A stretch of 64,000 nucleotides of DNA, taken from Pseudomonadota bacterium. GTDB taxonomy: Bacteria; Desulfobacterota; Desulfobulbia; Desulfobulbales; Desulfocapsaceae. Of this stretch, positions 9,154-18,700 are shown in pieces. The translations under genes and the position numbers were made by a program. The notes below the pieces were generated by a model. It had not been told where the DNA came from. It saw nothing but the letters and a program-made list of their open reading frames with translations, and ran no database searches. How positions within the stretch are numbered: position 1 is the stretch's first letter; every line of letters begins with the position of its first letter. The stretch covers positions 8,878 to 72,877 of the forward strand of contig JAHJLI010000039.1 of the NCBI GenBank assembly GCA_018821785.1, in the 5' to 3' direction.

Positions 9154-9608
9154 AAGACGTCAAAGTTCGAGGAATTGGATGCCCCATTATGAAGCCCCGA
9201 ATAAATTAATTGAGTTCTATCCCCGTCAATCCTCCAGATGTGATACACTCTGTCGATACGTTTTTTGTCAGAACCAAAGCCAATATAAAGGACCACATCA
9301 TACTCCTTTTCACTGGTAAAGAGGTTTGATGATTTATTGGCGGTATGGATTTCCCATGACTGCATTGGACCATACTTCGCAATTCTCGTTACCCAGGCTG
9401 CTGCATACTGCTCGGGGGAAATACGTTGTTTCAAGTCATTGTGGAAATTATCATAGGCTTCACGATACTTTCCAGTCGTGACCAGGGAAAAATGATTTTC
9501 CAACGCTATTTGCATTGATGCAATACTCTCCTGGGTGCTACCAATCATCTTGGTGATAAGCACTGCGGCGACAATCACCATGAGAATAGCACTGATGAGA
9601 ACTTTCAT
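9150..9608 (-). CDS. Hypothetical membrane-anchored/exported protein
   Basis: 152 aa with hydrophobic N-terminus; ATGA-coupled to the DUF1835 gene. Confidence 0.7.
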   Translation of the reverse strand: MKVLISAILMVIVAAVLITKMIGSTQESIASMQIALENHFSLVTTGKYREAYDNFHNDLKQRISPEQYAAAWVTRIAKYGPMQSWEIHTANKSSNLFTSEKEYDVVLYIGFGSDKKRIDRVYHIWRIDGDRTQLIYSGLHNGASNSSNFDVF

Positions 9609-9705
9609 TTTTCTTCTCGAATTTGATTGTTAATTGACTGTTGTATTCCCGCTAAACATAGAGGGTAAAATCAACAACCATGTAAGCATTGGCCGCCTGG
9701 AAATA

Positions 9706-10503
9706 TTATGGGACACAATACCATTTCAACTTATCGAAAACATTGAGCCATTGTTGATCAAACTCAACTTCAAGTGCGATTTTTACATTGGTTACAGGAT
9801 GAACAAAATCAAGTTTTTTAGCAAGCAACATTAAGCGGTTGAAACCAAAGTACTCTCGAAAAAATGGATTCTGCTTATTATCACCATAGTTGATATCACC
9901 AATAATTGGGTGGCGTAAATGAGCCAAATGTCGTCTAATTTGATGTCGACGGCCTGTGCTGGGTTCCAGCTTAATCAATGAGTAGCGAACAGTGTCAAAT
10001 TTACCCAATGGAATTGGCAGTGATGCGGTTAAGAGTGACTGGTAGGCAGTTTTGGCCTGTTGTGGCTCTTTATTTCGGCTGACATTTTGATCACCCAAGG
10101 TGTCGAGATTTTCTTTGAGTGGGTAGTCAATAGTCTCACTGCCTAATAAATGGCCACGAGTTAATGCGTAATATGTCTTCTTTATGGTTCTATCGGCAAA
10201 AGATTGCCCCATTAAGCGAGCGACTTCAACACTTAAAGCAAAGAGCAGAACCCCAGATGTTGGTCTGTCCAGTCTATGCACTGGGTATACGTATTGACCT
10301 ATTTGATCTCTAACAAGTTGTAAAGCGAAATATATTTCATCTTTATCCATATAGCTTCGGTGAACAAAGAGTCCCGCTGGTTTATTTACCGCGACTAAAT
10401 ATGCATCTTGATAGAGTATTTCCAGTATCGGCTTTGCCTCAATAGCCAGCCCTGACTCTCGAGCACAATCTCTTTGGCGCAAATCGAACCTCATTTGATT
10501 CAT
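9706..10503 (-). CDS. truC: tRNA pseudouridine(65) synthase TruC-like (RluA family); start uncertain
   Basis: VNKPAGLFVH, HRLDRPTSG (catalytic Asp), TGRRHQIRRHLAHLRHPIIGD, YGDNKQN; no S4 domain. Confidence 0.8.
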   Translation of the reverse strand: MNQMRFDLRQRDCARESGLAIEAKPILEILYQDAYLVAVNKPAGLFVHRSYMDKDEIYFALQLVRDQIGQYVYPVHRLDRPTSGVLLFALSVEVARLMGQSFADRTIKKTYYALTRGHLLGSETIDYPLKENLDTLGDQNVSRNKEPQQAKTAYQSLLTASLPIPLGKFDTVRYSLIKLEPSTGRRHQIRRHLAHLRHPIIGDINYGDNKQNPFFREYFGFNRLMLLAKKLDFVHPVTNVKIALEVEFDQQWLNVFDKLKWYCVP

Positions 10504-10616
10504 ATTGTTATTTTGGCTCTATTGTGCCCCCCTCTCGAAAACCATGCTTAACATATACACGACAACATAATCGCTTTTAAAAAATTCACTACCTCATCTT
10601 CTGCGACAGACACGCA

Positions 10617-13600
10617 ATGGAAAAAAACAACTACCAGAAAAGACAACGCCCTGTGCCCACCGCAACCCGGGTCCGCATCTGGGTCTATGGGAGTATTGCC
10701 GCAATTTTACTCCTGCTAGCGACGGCAATACTTGTCGTACCACGGTTCATCGATTTCACTTCGATCAAACAGAAACTCCAGGCAGTGGTCACCGAAAAGA
10801 CCGGCGGCCGGCTTCTATATCAAGAAATTGGCCTCACCTACATACCCAGGCTTGCCATTGAGCTGCGCCAGGTCACCATGGTCATCCCGGATCTGGCAGA
10901 AGGCAGAGTTGCGGCCCTGCGCATTTCACCGCAATTTCTCCCTCTGATGAGCGGCAATATTCGCCTTGCCCGACTCGAACTGGACACACCTCAGTTGAGA
11001 CTCGACCTTCTGGATCAAAAACCTCAAGAACCCCCAGCGCAACCTCTTGAATTTGAAGGGCCGGGCAAGAGCCTGGCCTTGGCCGTCGCACCGCTCGGCC
11101 AGGTGATTACCGGCCTGGAAATTCAGGTCAACAACGGCAAACTGGCGATTGCCCAGGGCAAACACAGTCTGGTTGACATTGAAGGCCTCAATCTCAGCGG
11201 CAGAGTGCAGATGGCGGGCGACAAGATGACCGCCAAAATCGATCGATTGACTCTGGAGGAACCGGCCCTGACCTTGGCCGGGGAGCTGACTTTGGCGCCA
11301 ACCACACCGGCTATCACGGTGAATATGACAGGCACCAACATTGATGTTGATGCGACCCGCAAAACCGCTCTGTCCCTGGCAGGCGACTCCACCCCCATCA
11401 AACAAATATTCGACTACCTGCGCGGCGGTAAAGTACCTCTGATCAACTTCACCTCTCATGGAGAAAACTTTTCGCAACTGGGCGATCTGAACAACATTCT
11501 GATCAAAGGACACTTGCAGGACGGCAAGGTCTCGGTCCCGGCCATCGACATCAACTTGACCGAGGTTGCCGGGGATGTGGTGATTACCAATGGCGTTCTT
11601 CAAGGTTCCGGATTGTCGGCTCACCTGGATTCATCTACCGGCCGGGACGGCACTCTTGCGATAGGGCTGACGAGAGAGCACAATCTGTTCAAGCTGGGGT
11701 TGAATTTGAGCGCCGACCTCAGCGAAACCCAAGCACTTCTCAAACGGGTGATACGTATTCCGACCTTCACTGCCGAACTGGAAAAAATCACCAACCTGCA
11801 AGGCACCGCCCACGGAAAACTCACCCTCGGCGACAGTCTGAGCAGCATCAACAGCACAGTCGAGATCGACGAACTGAGCCTGACCGCCGACTACCAGAGC
11901 TTACCTCTGCCGATCACCATCACAGAGGGACAGGTGGCCTTCAGCAAAAACCGGCTCAATCTCGGCAAGCTGGGCGGCTCAATAGGACGATCTCAGCTTG
12001 CCGATCTCTCCTGTCAGTTACTCTTTGACGAAGACCTTTCCCTCGACATCAGTTCAGGTCAATTCGAACTGGACATGGCAGAACTCTATCCCTGGCTGGC
12101 CTCCCGGGAAGGACTCCGTGAGAAGCTGCGCACGGCCAGGCAAGTGACCGGTCGAGTCGCATTGTCTACCTTGAACCTTAAAGGCAAGGTTGGCAGACCG
12201 TCCGAGTGGAAGTTCAACTCCACCGGAACGGTGCAAGACCTCGCAGTCGAGTCGGAATCCTTGCCGGACATCATCCATATCGCCAGCGGAGGGTTTAAAA
12301 TTGATACCCAGCAACTGACCTTCGAAAAACTCCAGGCCACCAACCAAGACGCAGCACTCGTCCTGTCCGGCAGACTCAGAGGCTTTCCTCAAAAGCTTGA
12401 ACGAATCGAACTCGGGCTGGATGGCTCCATGGGGCCGCAGTCGGTCGAATGGCTCTCCGCAAAACTCAAGGTGCCGACACCCTATACGATCCATGCGCCT
12501 CTCACTATCAGCAACGCACAGGTCTCCTGGCAGCCGGACGCCACCACTTCCTTCAAAGGTTTGGTACAGATAGAGAAAGGTCCTGGGATCACCGCTGATG
12601 TCGACTCTCGGCCGGACAAACTGCAGGTCAAACGACTGCATATCAAGGATCAGTACTCCGATGCCACCATGGTCTTTGACCTCAACATGGATCAACGCGA
12701 CCTCAGTTTTACCGGCACACTGCAGCACGAAACCCTGCAGGCCCTGTTCGTCGATGATCAATTCGCAAGTGGTAGAGTGGCGGGAGATTTTACCGTCACC
12801 ATCCCACAGACGGAACCAGCCGAGGTCACCACCACGGGACAGCTGACCGGCGAGAACCTGCATTTTGTCCTGTCACCGACCGACTCCGTGAATATCGCAC
12901 AGATCAACCTGCAAGCAGACGGTGCAAAAGTTACAATCGATATCAACAAACTCCAAAGCAAGAACCTTACATTGGATCCCGTTGAAGGCACAGTCTCGTT
13001 CGCTCGCGACGGGGCCGCTGTCAAGTTTGAAAGTGCCAAAGTATGCGACATCAATACACAGGGTATGTTTTCCTTTGCCGGGGATGAATTCTCCCTCGAT
13101 ATGACCCTGAAAGGGAAGGATCTCGACGTTGCTACCAGCTACACCTGCCTGACCGAGGGCCGAGTCAAGGCAACCGGCAGCCTCGATTTTTCGAGCAAAA
13201 TCACCACCAAGGGGAAAATGAACGAGCTAGTCAAGGGCCTGACGGGGCCTTTGCAGATCACGCTGAGTAACGGTGTGATCGAGCAAGACAAATTTTTTTC
13301 GAGAATCCTGGAAGTACTCAATTTCACCGAAATAGTCAAGGGACGACTGCCGGACCTCGGCGCCAACGGCCTCGCCTACACGACTATAACCCTGACAGGC
13401 AGGTTTCAGAACGGCAAGCTTCTCATCGATAAATTTTTCATGGATGGCGAGACCCTCGGCTTGGTAGGTACCGGTCAAATTCGCCTGGAAGATGAAACAC
13501 TCGATATTCAGCTGTTGGCTGCGCCATTTAAAACCGTCGACACTCTAGTAAAATACATTCCTGGGGTCAACTACCTCCTCGGCGACAGCCTGATCGCCAT

Positions 13601-13760
13601 TCCGGTCAGCATTACCGGAACCTTAGACGATCCCAATGTTACTGTTTTATCTCCTTCTGCGATCGGCTCAAGCCTCTACAACCTGGCCGAACGAACGATA
13701 ACGTCACCCCTCAAGCTGATCGAAAAAATCAACTTATGGGGGAAGGGGGATCAAGAATAA
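10617..13760 (+). CDS. AsmA-like / DUF3971 repeat beta-groove envelope protein
   Basis: 1047 aa; N-terminal TM anchor; beta-rich repeats; C-terminal GTGQIRLEDETLDI...PVSITGTLDDPNV typical of AsmA-like C-termini. Confidence 0.75.
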   Translation: MEKNNYQKRQRPVPTATRVRIWVYGSIAAILLLLATAILVVPRFIDFTSIKQKLQAVVTEKTGGRLLYQEIGLTYIPRLAIELRQVTMVIPDLAEGRVAALRISPQFLPLMSGNIRLARLELDTPQLRLDLLDQKPQEPPAQPLEFEGPGKSLALAVAPLGQVITGLEIQVNNGKLAIAQGKHSLVDIEGLNLSGRVQMAGDKMTAKIDRLTLEEPALTLAGELTLAPTTPAITVNMTGTNIDVDATRKTALSLAGDSTPIKQIFDYLRGGKVPLINFTSHGENFSQLGDLNNILIKGHLQDGKVSVPAIDINLTEVAGDVVITNGVLQGSGLSAHLDSSTGRDGTLAIGLTREHNLFKLGLNLSADLSETQALLKRVIRIPTFTAELEKITNLQGTAHGKLTLGDSLSSINSTVEIDELSLTADYQSLPLPITITEGQVAFSKNRLNLGKLGGSIGRSQLADLSCQLLFDEDLSLDISSGQFELDMAELYPWLASREGLREKLRTARQVTGRVALSTLNLKGKVGRPSEWKFNSTGTVQDLAVESESLPDIIHIASGGFKIDTQQLTFEKLQATNQDAALVLSGRLRGFPQKLERIELGLDGSMGPQSVEWLSAKLKVPTPYTIHAPLTISNAQVSWQPDATTSFKGLVQIEKGPGITADVDSRPDKLQVKRLHIKDQYSDATMVFDLNMDQRDLSFTGTLQHETLQALFVDDQFASGRVAGDFTVTIPQTEPAEVTTTGQLTGENLHFVLSPTDSVNIAQINLQADGAKVTIDINKLQSKNLTLDPVEGTVSFARDGAAVKFESAKVCDINTQGMFSFAGDEFSLDMTLKGKDLDVATSYTCLTEGRVKATGSLDFSSKITTKGKMNELVKGLTGPLQITLSNGVIEQDKFFSRILEVLNFTEIVKGRLPDLGANGLAYTTITLTGRFQNGKLLIDKFFMDGETLGLVGTGQIRLEDETLDIQLLAAPFKTVDTLVKYIPGVNYLLGDSLIAIPVSITGTLDDPNVTVLSPSAIGSSLYNLAERTITSPLKLIEKINLWGKGDQE

Positions 13761-13853
13761 TTTGGATGGGGTTAGTGAAATTGCCATAACAAACACAAGC
13801 CTGACTGAGATCTTCAGCAACTTGCTATTACTCTTGTTATGTTGCGTGTCAAC

Positions 13854-14035
13854 CTACCTTGCAGCAACGCTTTGTAACCAGTATCCTTGATCATCTCGTA
13901 TTTTGTGACATTTCGAACAGATAGGTAAAATTCCACACAAAACCTTATCTTCGCGCAAAGCCTCTTGCAGGCTATCAATCATTTTATTTTTTTCCGATTC
14001 TGCATGAATACGGCGTTGAATTTCCAGCATCATTT
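13854..14035 (-). pseudogene. Fragment of a signalling-protein C-terminal tail
   Basis: LQEALREDKVLCGILPICSKCHKIRDDQGYW resembles the tail of the 907-1515 regulator, but lacks the SHxxCPxC half and has no upstream domain. Confidence 0.65.
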
Positions 14036-14349
14036 CGTCTCTTGCGAGTATGGACACATCCCGATCATCGACAAAAATGAACGTGGCAAAGAACCGTTAC
14101 CAATGGCTCCTCATGAAGCAGAGCGCTATAAAATTCGCTCCTGTACAGAACGGGCAAATAGTCAGTTAAAAGAAGATTGCGGCGCCAACAATGTTATGGT
14201 CAAGGGCACGCAAAGGTATCTCTGCATCTGATGTTTGGAGTTATCACCTTGTTTTCAGACCAACTTCTACGACTATTTTATTAGGTTGTCAAAGATCAGA
14301 TAGGCTATCAATGAACAATTTCGAATACTGCTCATTTTGCAAAAGGCTC
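14034..14349 (+). mobile_element. IS remnant: DDE transposase C-terminal fragment with frameshift and probable right end
   Basis: GHIPIIDKNERGKEPLPMAPHEAERYKIRSCTERANSQLKED, then after a frameshift near 14212 KVSLHLMFGVITLFSDQLL (stop 14284); candidate terminal IR TTTTGCAAAAGGCTC at 14335-14349. IS family not established. Confidence 0.65.
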
Positions 14350-14594
14350 TATAATCATGCTCTTTAACCGGATTTATCTTTATTATCCCCGACTGGCTTA
14401 TCTGTCGGGACAAGAGCTGATCGTTTGGTAAAGTGGATTATTTTCCTCGGAATTTGACTTACAGATTTTGTTGGGATAAACTAGATGTACCAGTGGCAAT
14501 CTCCAACGAAAATTCCCCTTGCACTTTCCACAAACAAGTATTCCCGACCGAATTTAGAGGTGTAAATATAACAGGCACACCAAGGAGGTTTACA

Positions 14595-15650
14595 ATGATT
14601 CTTGAAAATCGTCTCATACTACAAGGATTGAAAAATGAACCATTGGTATTGCTCTCTTGTCATCTGTGGGGTCTTTTTATTTTTGTGATTCCAATATGTT
14701 GCCTGCTGCTATTGTTTTCCCCATCCGTTGAAGCCAAAAATATAAAAATCAGTATTCTTATGGCCAGCGATGTCCGTCAGCTGCCAGTGGCTGGGCTCAA
14801 GAATGCACTTGCCACCCATTCTACCGAAGAAGGCCACACCTTTAAATATGAAATTAAAAATGCTGCGGGGGATCGCAAGCAGCTTGCTACTATGGCTGCA
14901 GAGATTATTGCCGCCAAACCGGATGTGGCCATTGCCGGTGGTGGTATTGAGGCGGACGCCCTGCTCGTCGCTTCGGCAGGAACCAACATTCCGGTGGTTT
15001 TCCTCTCGGTTTCCTCCGCGGTTGAGAGGGGAATTGTTGCCAGTATGGTCAGCTCCGGCAATAATTTCACCGGAATTGATACCAACGACACCCAGCTCAC
15101 AGCCAAGCGCCTCTGGTTTATCAGAAAAATTCTCCCCGATGCCAAAAAAGTGCTTTGCTTCCATGTTCCTTCCATCGTCCCATCGAGGCAGGCACTTGCT
15201 GTCGCAAGGCTTAGCGCCAAAGAACTGGGCTTCGAGCTGCAGGTGGTTGAGGTCGAGTCGGATGCCGATATCAAACGCGCCGCAGGCGAACTGTCGAGGG
15301 CAACAACTGATGTGATTCTGCAACTCCCGGCGGCACCAACAGATAAAGCCCTGCGCCCGATAATTTTCCCCAAAGCCATGGCTGAGAAAATCCCGATCTT
15401 TGGCTATGGCGAGGCCAGCATAGACGGTGGAGCTTTTGCCTCCTACGCCGGCTCACGCTTTGCTAATGGTGAGCAGGCGGCTCGTTTGATTCACAAGATC
15501 CTCAAAGGTACAGCACCCAAAGAGATTCCTATCGAAAATCCAGAGAAACCTGAACTCATAATCAATAAAGATCTGGTGGCAAAACTCGGCATAAACCTCC
15601 CGTCCCGGGTATGGCGAATGGCTGATCAACTTGTTGATGTTCAATTTTAG
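14595..15650 (+). CDS. ABC_sub_bind-type periplasmic binding protein (no transporter partners adjacent)
   Basis: AGGAGG RBS before ATG 14595; motifs IAAKPDVAIA, NIPVVF, GNNFTG, EKIPIFG, KILKGTAPKEIPIENP...LIINKDLVAKLGINLP. Confidence 0.85.
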   Translation: MILENRLILQGLKNEPLVLLSCHLWGLFIFVIPICCLLLLFSPSVEAKNIKISILMASDVRQLPVAGLKNALATHSTEEGHTFKYEIKNAAGDRKQLATMAAEIIAAKPDVAIAGGGIEADALLVASAGTNIPVVFLSVSSAVERGIVASMVSSGNNFTGIDTNDTQLTAKRLWFIRKILPDAKKVLCFHVPSIVPSRQALAVARLSAKELGFELQVVEVESDADIKRAAGELSRATTDVILQLPAAPTDKALRPIIFPKAMAEKIPIFGYGEASIDGGAFASYAGSRFANGEQAARLIHKILKGTAPKEIPIENPEKPELIINKDLVAKLGINLPSRVWRMADQLVDVQF

Positions 15651-15720
15651 TACCTTAGAAATTCATTTCTTTTTTTAGAAAGAATTGCGTGATGGTATCT
15701 ATCCCGTTTATCGGGGTGAA
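15648..15720 (+). repeat. ~75 bp two-hairpin dispersed element, copy 3
   Basis: TAGTACCTTAGAAATTCATTTCTTTTTTTAGAAAGAATTGCGTGATGGTATCTATCCCGTTTATCGGGGTGAA; starts at the SBP stop codon and ends 15 nt before the kinase ATG. Confidence 0.8.
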
Positions 15721-15735
15721 ATATGAGAGGACACT

Positions 15736-18700
15736 ATGAAATGGTGGAATCGCTTGAGTGTCAGACTGACTGTTTTCATCCTCTTTCTGGCAATAATTCC
15801 CCTCGCCGGATTTGGCTTTACGACACTGAGGGATTTTCAACGTGTTCGTTTGCAGTCGGTTGCCCAGATCCACAAGGGCCTTGCCAACAATTCGGCCCAG
15901 TTGATTCAATCATCTCTTGCCGATATAGCACAAGTTATTAATCTGGTTGCCGAAAGCACTGAACTGGAGAGCGCAGATCCAGCCGACAAAGAATGGCTCC
16001 TGCAACTCCTGATAAAGTCGTTCCCTCATCTTAGCAGCCTCACTCTTGCTGAAATCGGTGGCCAGGAGCTGGTGAAGGTGGGCCGTGACACAGTCTATAA
16101 CCAAAAAGACCTCGGGAAACATAGTGATCACCCCGAATTTCTCAAAAAAGAAGATCACCACTCAGTAGTAGGGAAATTACATGCCGGCAGTAATAAACTT
16201 CTGCTGCTCGACTTGTATATACCCTTGTTAAGCCCGATGGACAGAAATGTTACCTCGGTTCTCGTCGCGGAAATCGACATGACAAAACTGTTGAATTTCA
16301 CCACCGGTCTGCATGTCGGAGAGACAGGATATGTATACGTTGTCAACGCCGAAGGGAAATACCTTGCTTATCCCGATCAGAGTGCAGTGTTGGCCGATGA
16401 AGACGCTCTTGAAAATCCACTGGTACAGGACTTTGTCGCCGGTCGCAAGACACTCGGCCCCAACCAGACATATTTCAACCGGTATCAAATAGAGGTGTTG
16501 AGTAACGCCAGAGTAGTGGCAGAACCAAAACTGCTGGTGGTGGTGGACCAACCCATTGAAGAAGCAATGGCGGTAGTCAATCTGATAACTAAAAGACAAA
16601 CCCTGGTACTCTTCAGTGTTCTTGTCTTCGCCCTTGTCATCTCCGTCTATTTTGCGGTCAAAATAGTTAAGCCATTGCGCTTGCTCGAATCAGGGGCAAA
16701 ACTGATTGGTGCGGGCAATCTCTCGCATAGAATTCCTGTTCACAGTTCGGATGAATTAGGAGCAGTCACCCAGTCCTTTAATGTCATGGTCGAGGACCTT
16801 CAGACGACACGCAGCACGTCCGACCAACAGAATTGGTTGAAACAGGGAATCACCGAACTTGATAGCCTCCTGCGGGGGGACAAGTCCCTGGAAGAACTGT
16901 GTACAGAAGTTGTTATTTTTATGGCCAACTATCTGCAACAACAAGCAGGGCTCATATACACCCTCGATACCAAGGGAAGATACAGGTATACAGCAGGCTA
17001 TGCCGTTCAACCTGGAACCGGGTCCTCGAGCACTTTCAAAATAGGTGAAGGACTCCCCGGTCAAGCTGCACGCGAAAAGAGAATCCTCTATCTAACAGAT
17101 ATTCCAGTTGAATATTTCTCAATCACCTCCGGTCTGGGTAACCTGCTGCCCAGGCACCTGTCAATAGTGCCATTTGTCCTTAACAACCAGGTTGAGGCGG
17201 TAATGGAACTTGGCACCCTCCATGGACTTACTGAACTGCAGAAATTATTTCTTGAGGAAACTGCCGGCGCCATCGCCATTATCCTCGCCTCCGCCCGGGC
17301 GCGGCGTGAACTGGGCGAGGCCCTCATGCAAACCAGACAACAGACCGAAGAATTGCACCGACAGCAGGAGGAACTGCAAGCCTCTAATGAAGAGATGGAA
17401 GAACAGACACAATTGCTCATGGCCTCTGAAAGTAAACTGAAAGAGCAGCAAGAGGAGCTGCAGGCAGCCAATGAAGAACTTGAGGAAAAAACTGAATACC
17501 TGGAGCGTAACAAAAAAAATATTGAAGAGAAAAATCAGGTTCTTGAGCAATTAGGTAAGGATTTGGAGAAGAAGGCCGAAGATCTTGCCATTGCCAGTAA
17601 ATACAAATCTGAATTCCTGGCGAACATGTCCCATGAACTGCGAACACCACTCAACAGCTTGCTGCTTCTCTCCCGGTTATTGGTCGATAATAAGGAAGGC
17701 AACCTCCTCGCCGAACAGGTTGAGTCAGCCGAAATCATCTATAACAGCGGCAACGACCTGCTTTCCCTGATCAATGAAATTCTTGATCTGGCAAAGATAG
17801 AGGCAGGGAAAATGGAGCTGAAACTGGCAGAGATACCTTTGGTCGAATTGCAAGATGGGCTTGCCAGAAATTTCAGAAAACTGGCAGACGAAAAGGGCCT
17901 TTCTTTCGAAGTAGCCACCCGAGAAGATTGCCCCGCCGCCATAACCAGCGACCGGCAGCGCATTGAGCAGGTATTAAAGAATTTCATCGCCAATGCCTTT
18001 AAATTTACCAATCAGGGTGGCGTAACAGTAGAGATTTGCCAACCCAAAGCAACAGTTGTCTTCTCCAGACCTGGTCTGACAAATGAAAACACCATTGCCA
18101 TAGATGTCCGCGACACCGGGATAGGCATTCCCGTAGACAAACAGAAGATCGTATTTGAAGCCTTTCAACAGCTGGAGGGCGGCACTGCCAGAAAATATGG
18201 CGGGACCGGGCTGGGGCTATCCATATCAAGAGAACTTGCCAATCTTCTTGGTGGTGAGATTCAGTTGCAGAGTGAAGAAAATATCGGTTCGACCTTCACC
18301 CTCTTTTTGCCGAAAGACGCGTCGACCATAAGCACTCCCAGGACCTCTCCCGCACCAGAGGGGACGAAAAGAGAAAGGGCTCCAGGAGTAACTGCTCTAT
18401 CTCAGCCATTTGCCGGTAAAGACGACCAGCAATCGATTAACACCGTTGCCGATGACCGAGAGACACTCGGTGCTAGCGACAAGACTGTTCTCATAATTGA
18501 GGATGATATACATTTTGCCACCACCCTTTTGCACTTCTGTAAGACCAAAGGTTTTAAGGTGCTGATTGCACTCAGCGGCGAAGAAGGCCTGAAATTTGCC
18601 GAAGAATATCAACCAAAAGCGATCATTCTCGATATCAATCTCCCTGGAATCGATGGTTGGGTGGTTCTCGAATCGCTCAAGGACAATCCTGCCACCCGTC

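Noticed and set aside
9610-9705. attC between truC and the 152 aa gene
   Set aside because: No paired RYYYAAC/GTTRRRY boxes or convincing stem.
10732-13478. Antisense and alternate-frame ORFs inside the AsmA-like gene (e.g. 12054-12863, 10926-11624)
   Set aside because: Shadow ORFs of a long GC-rich CDS; no motifs or RBS.
14383-14415. Fourth copy of the 75 bp element (TATCCCCGAC...GTCGGGA hairpin)
   Set aside because: Resembles only the short hairpin; the AGTACCTT/AAGGTACT part is absent.
14433-14594. N-terminal extension of the binding-protein ORF
   Set aside because: AGGAGG precedes ATG 14595; the upstream part looks like promoter sequence.
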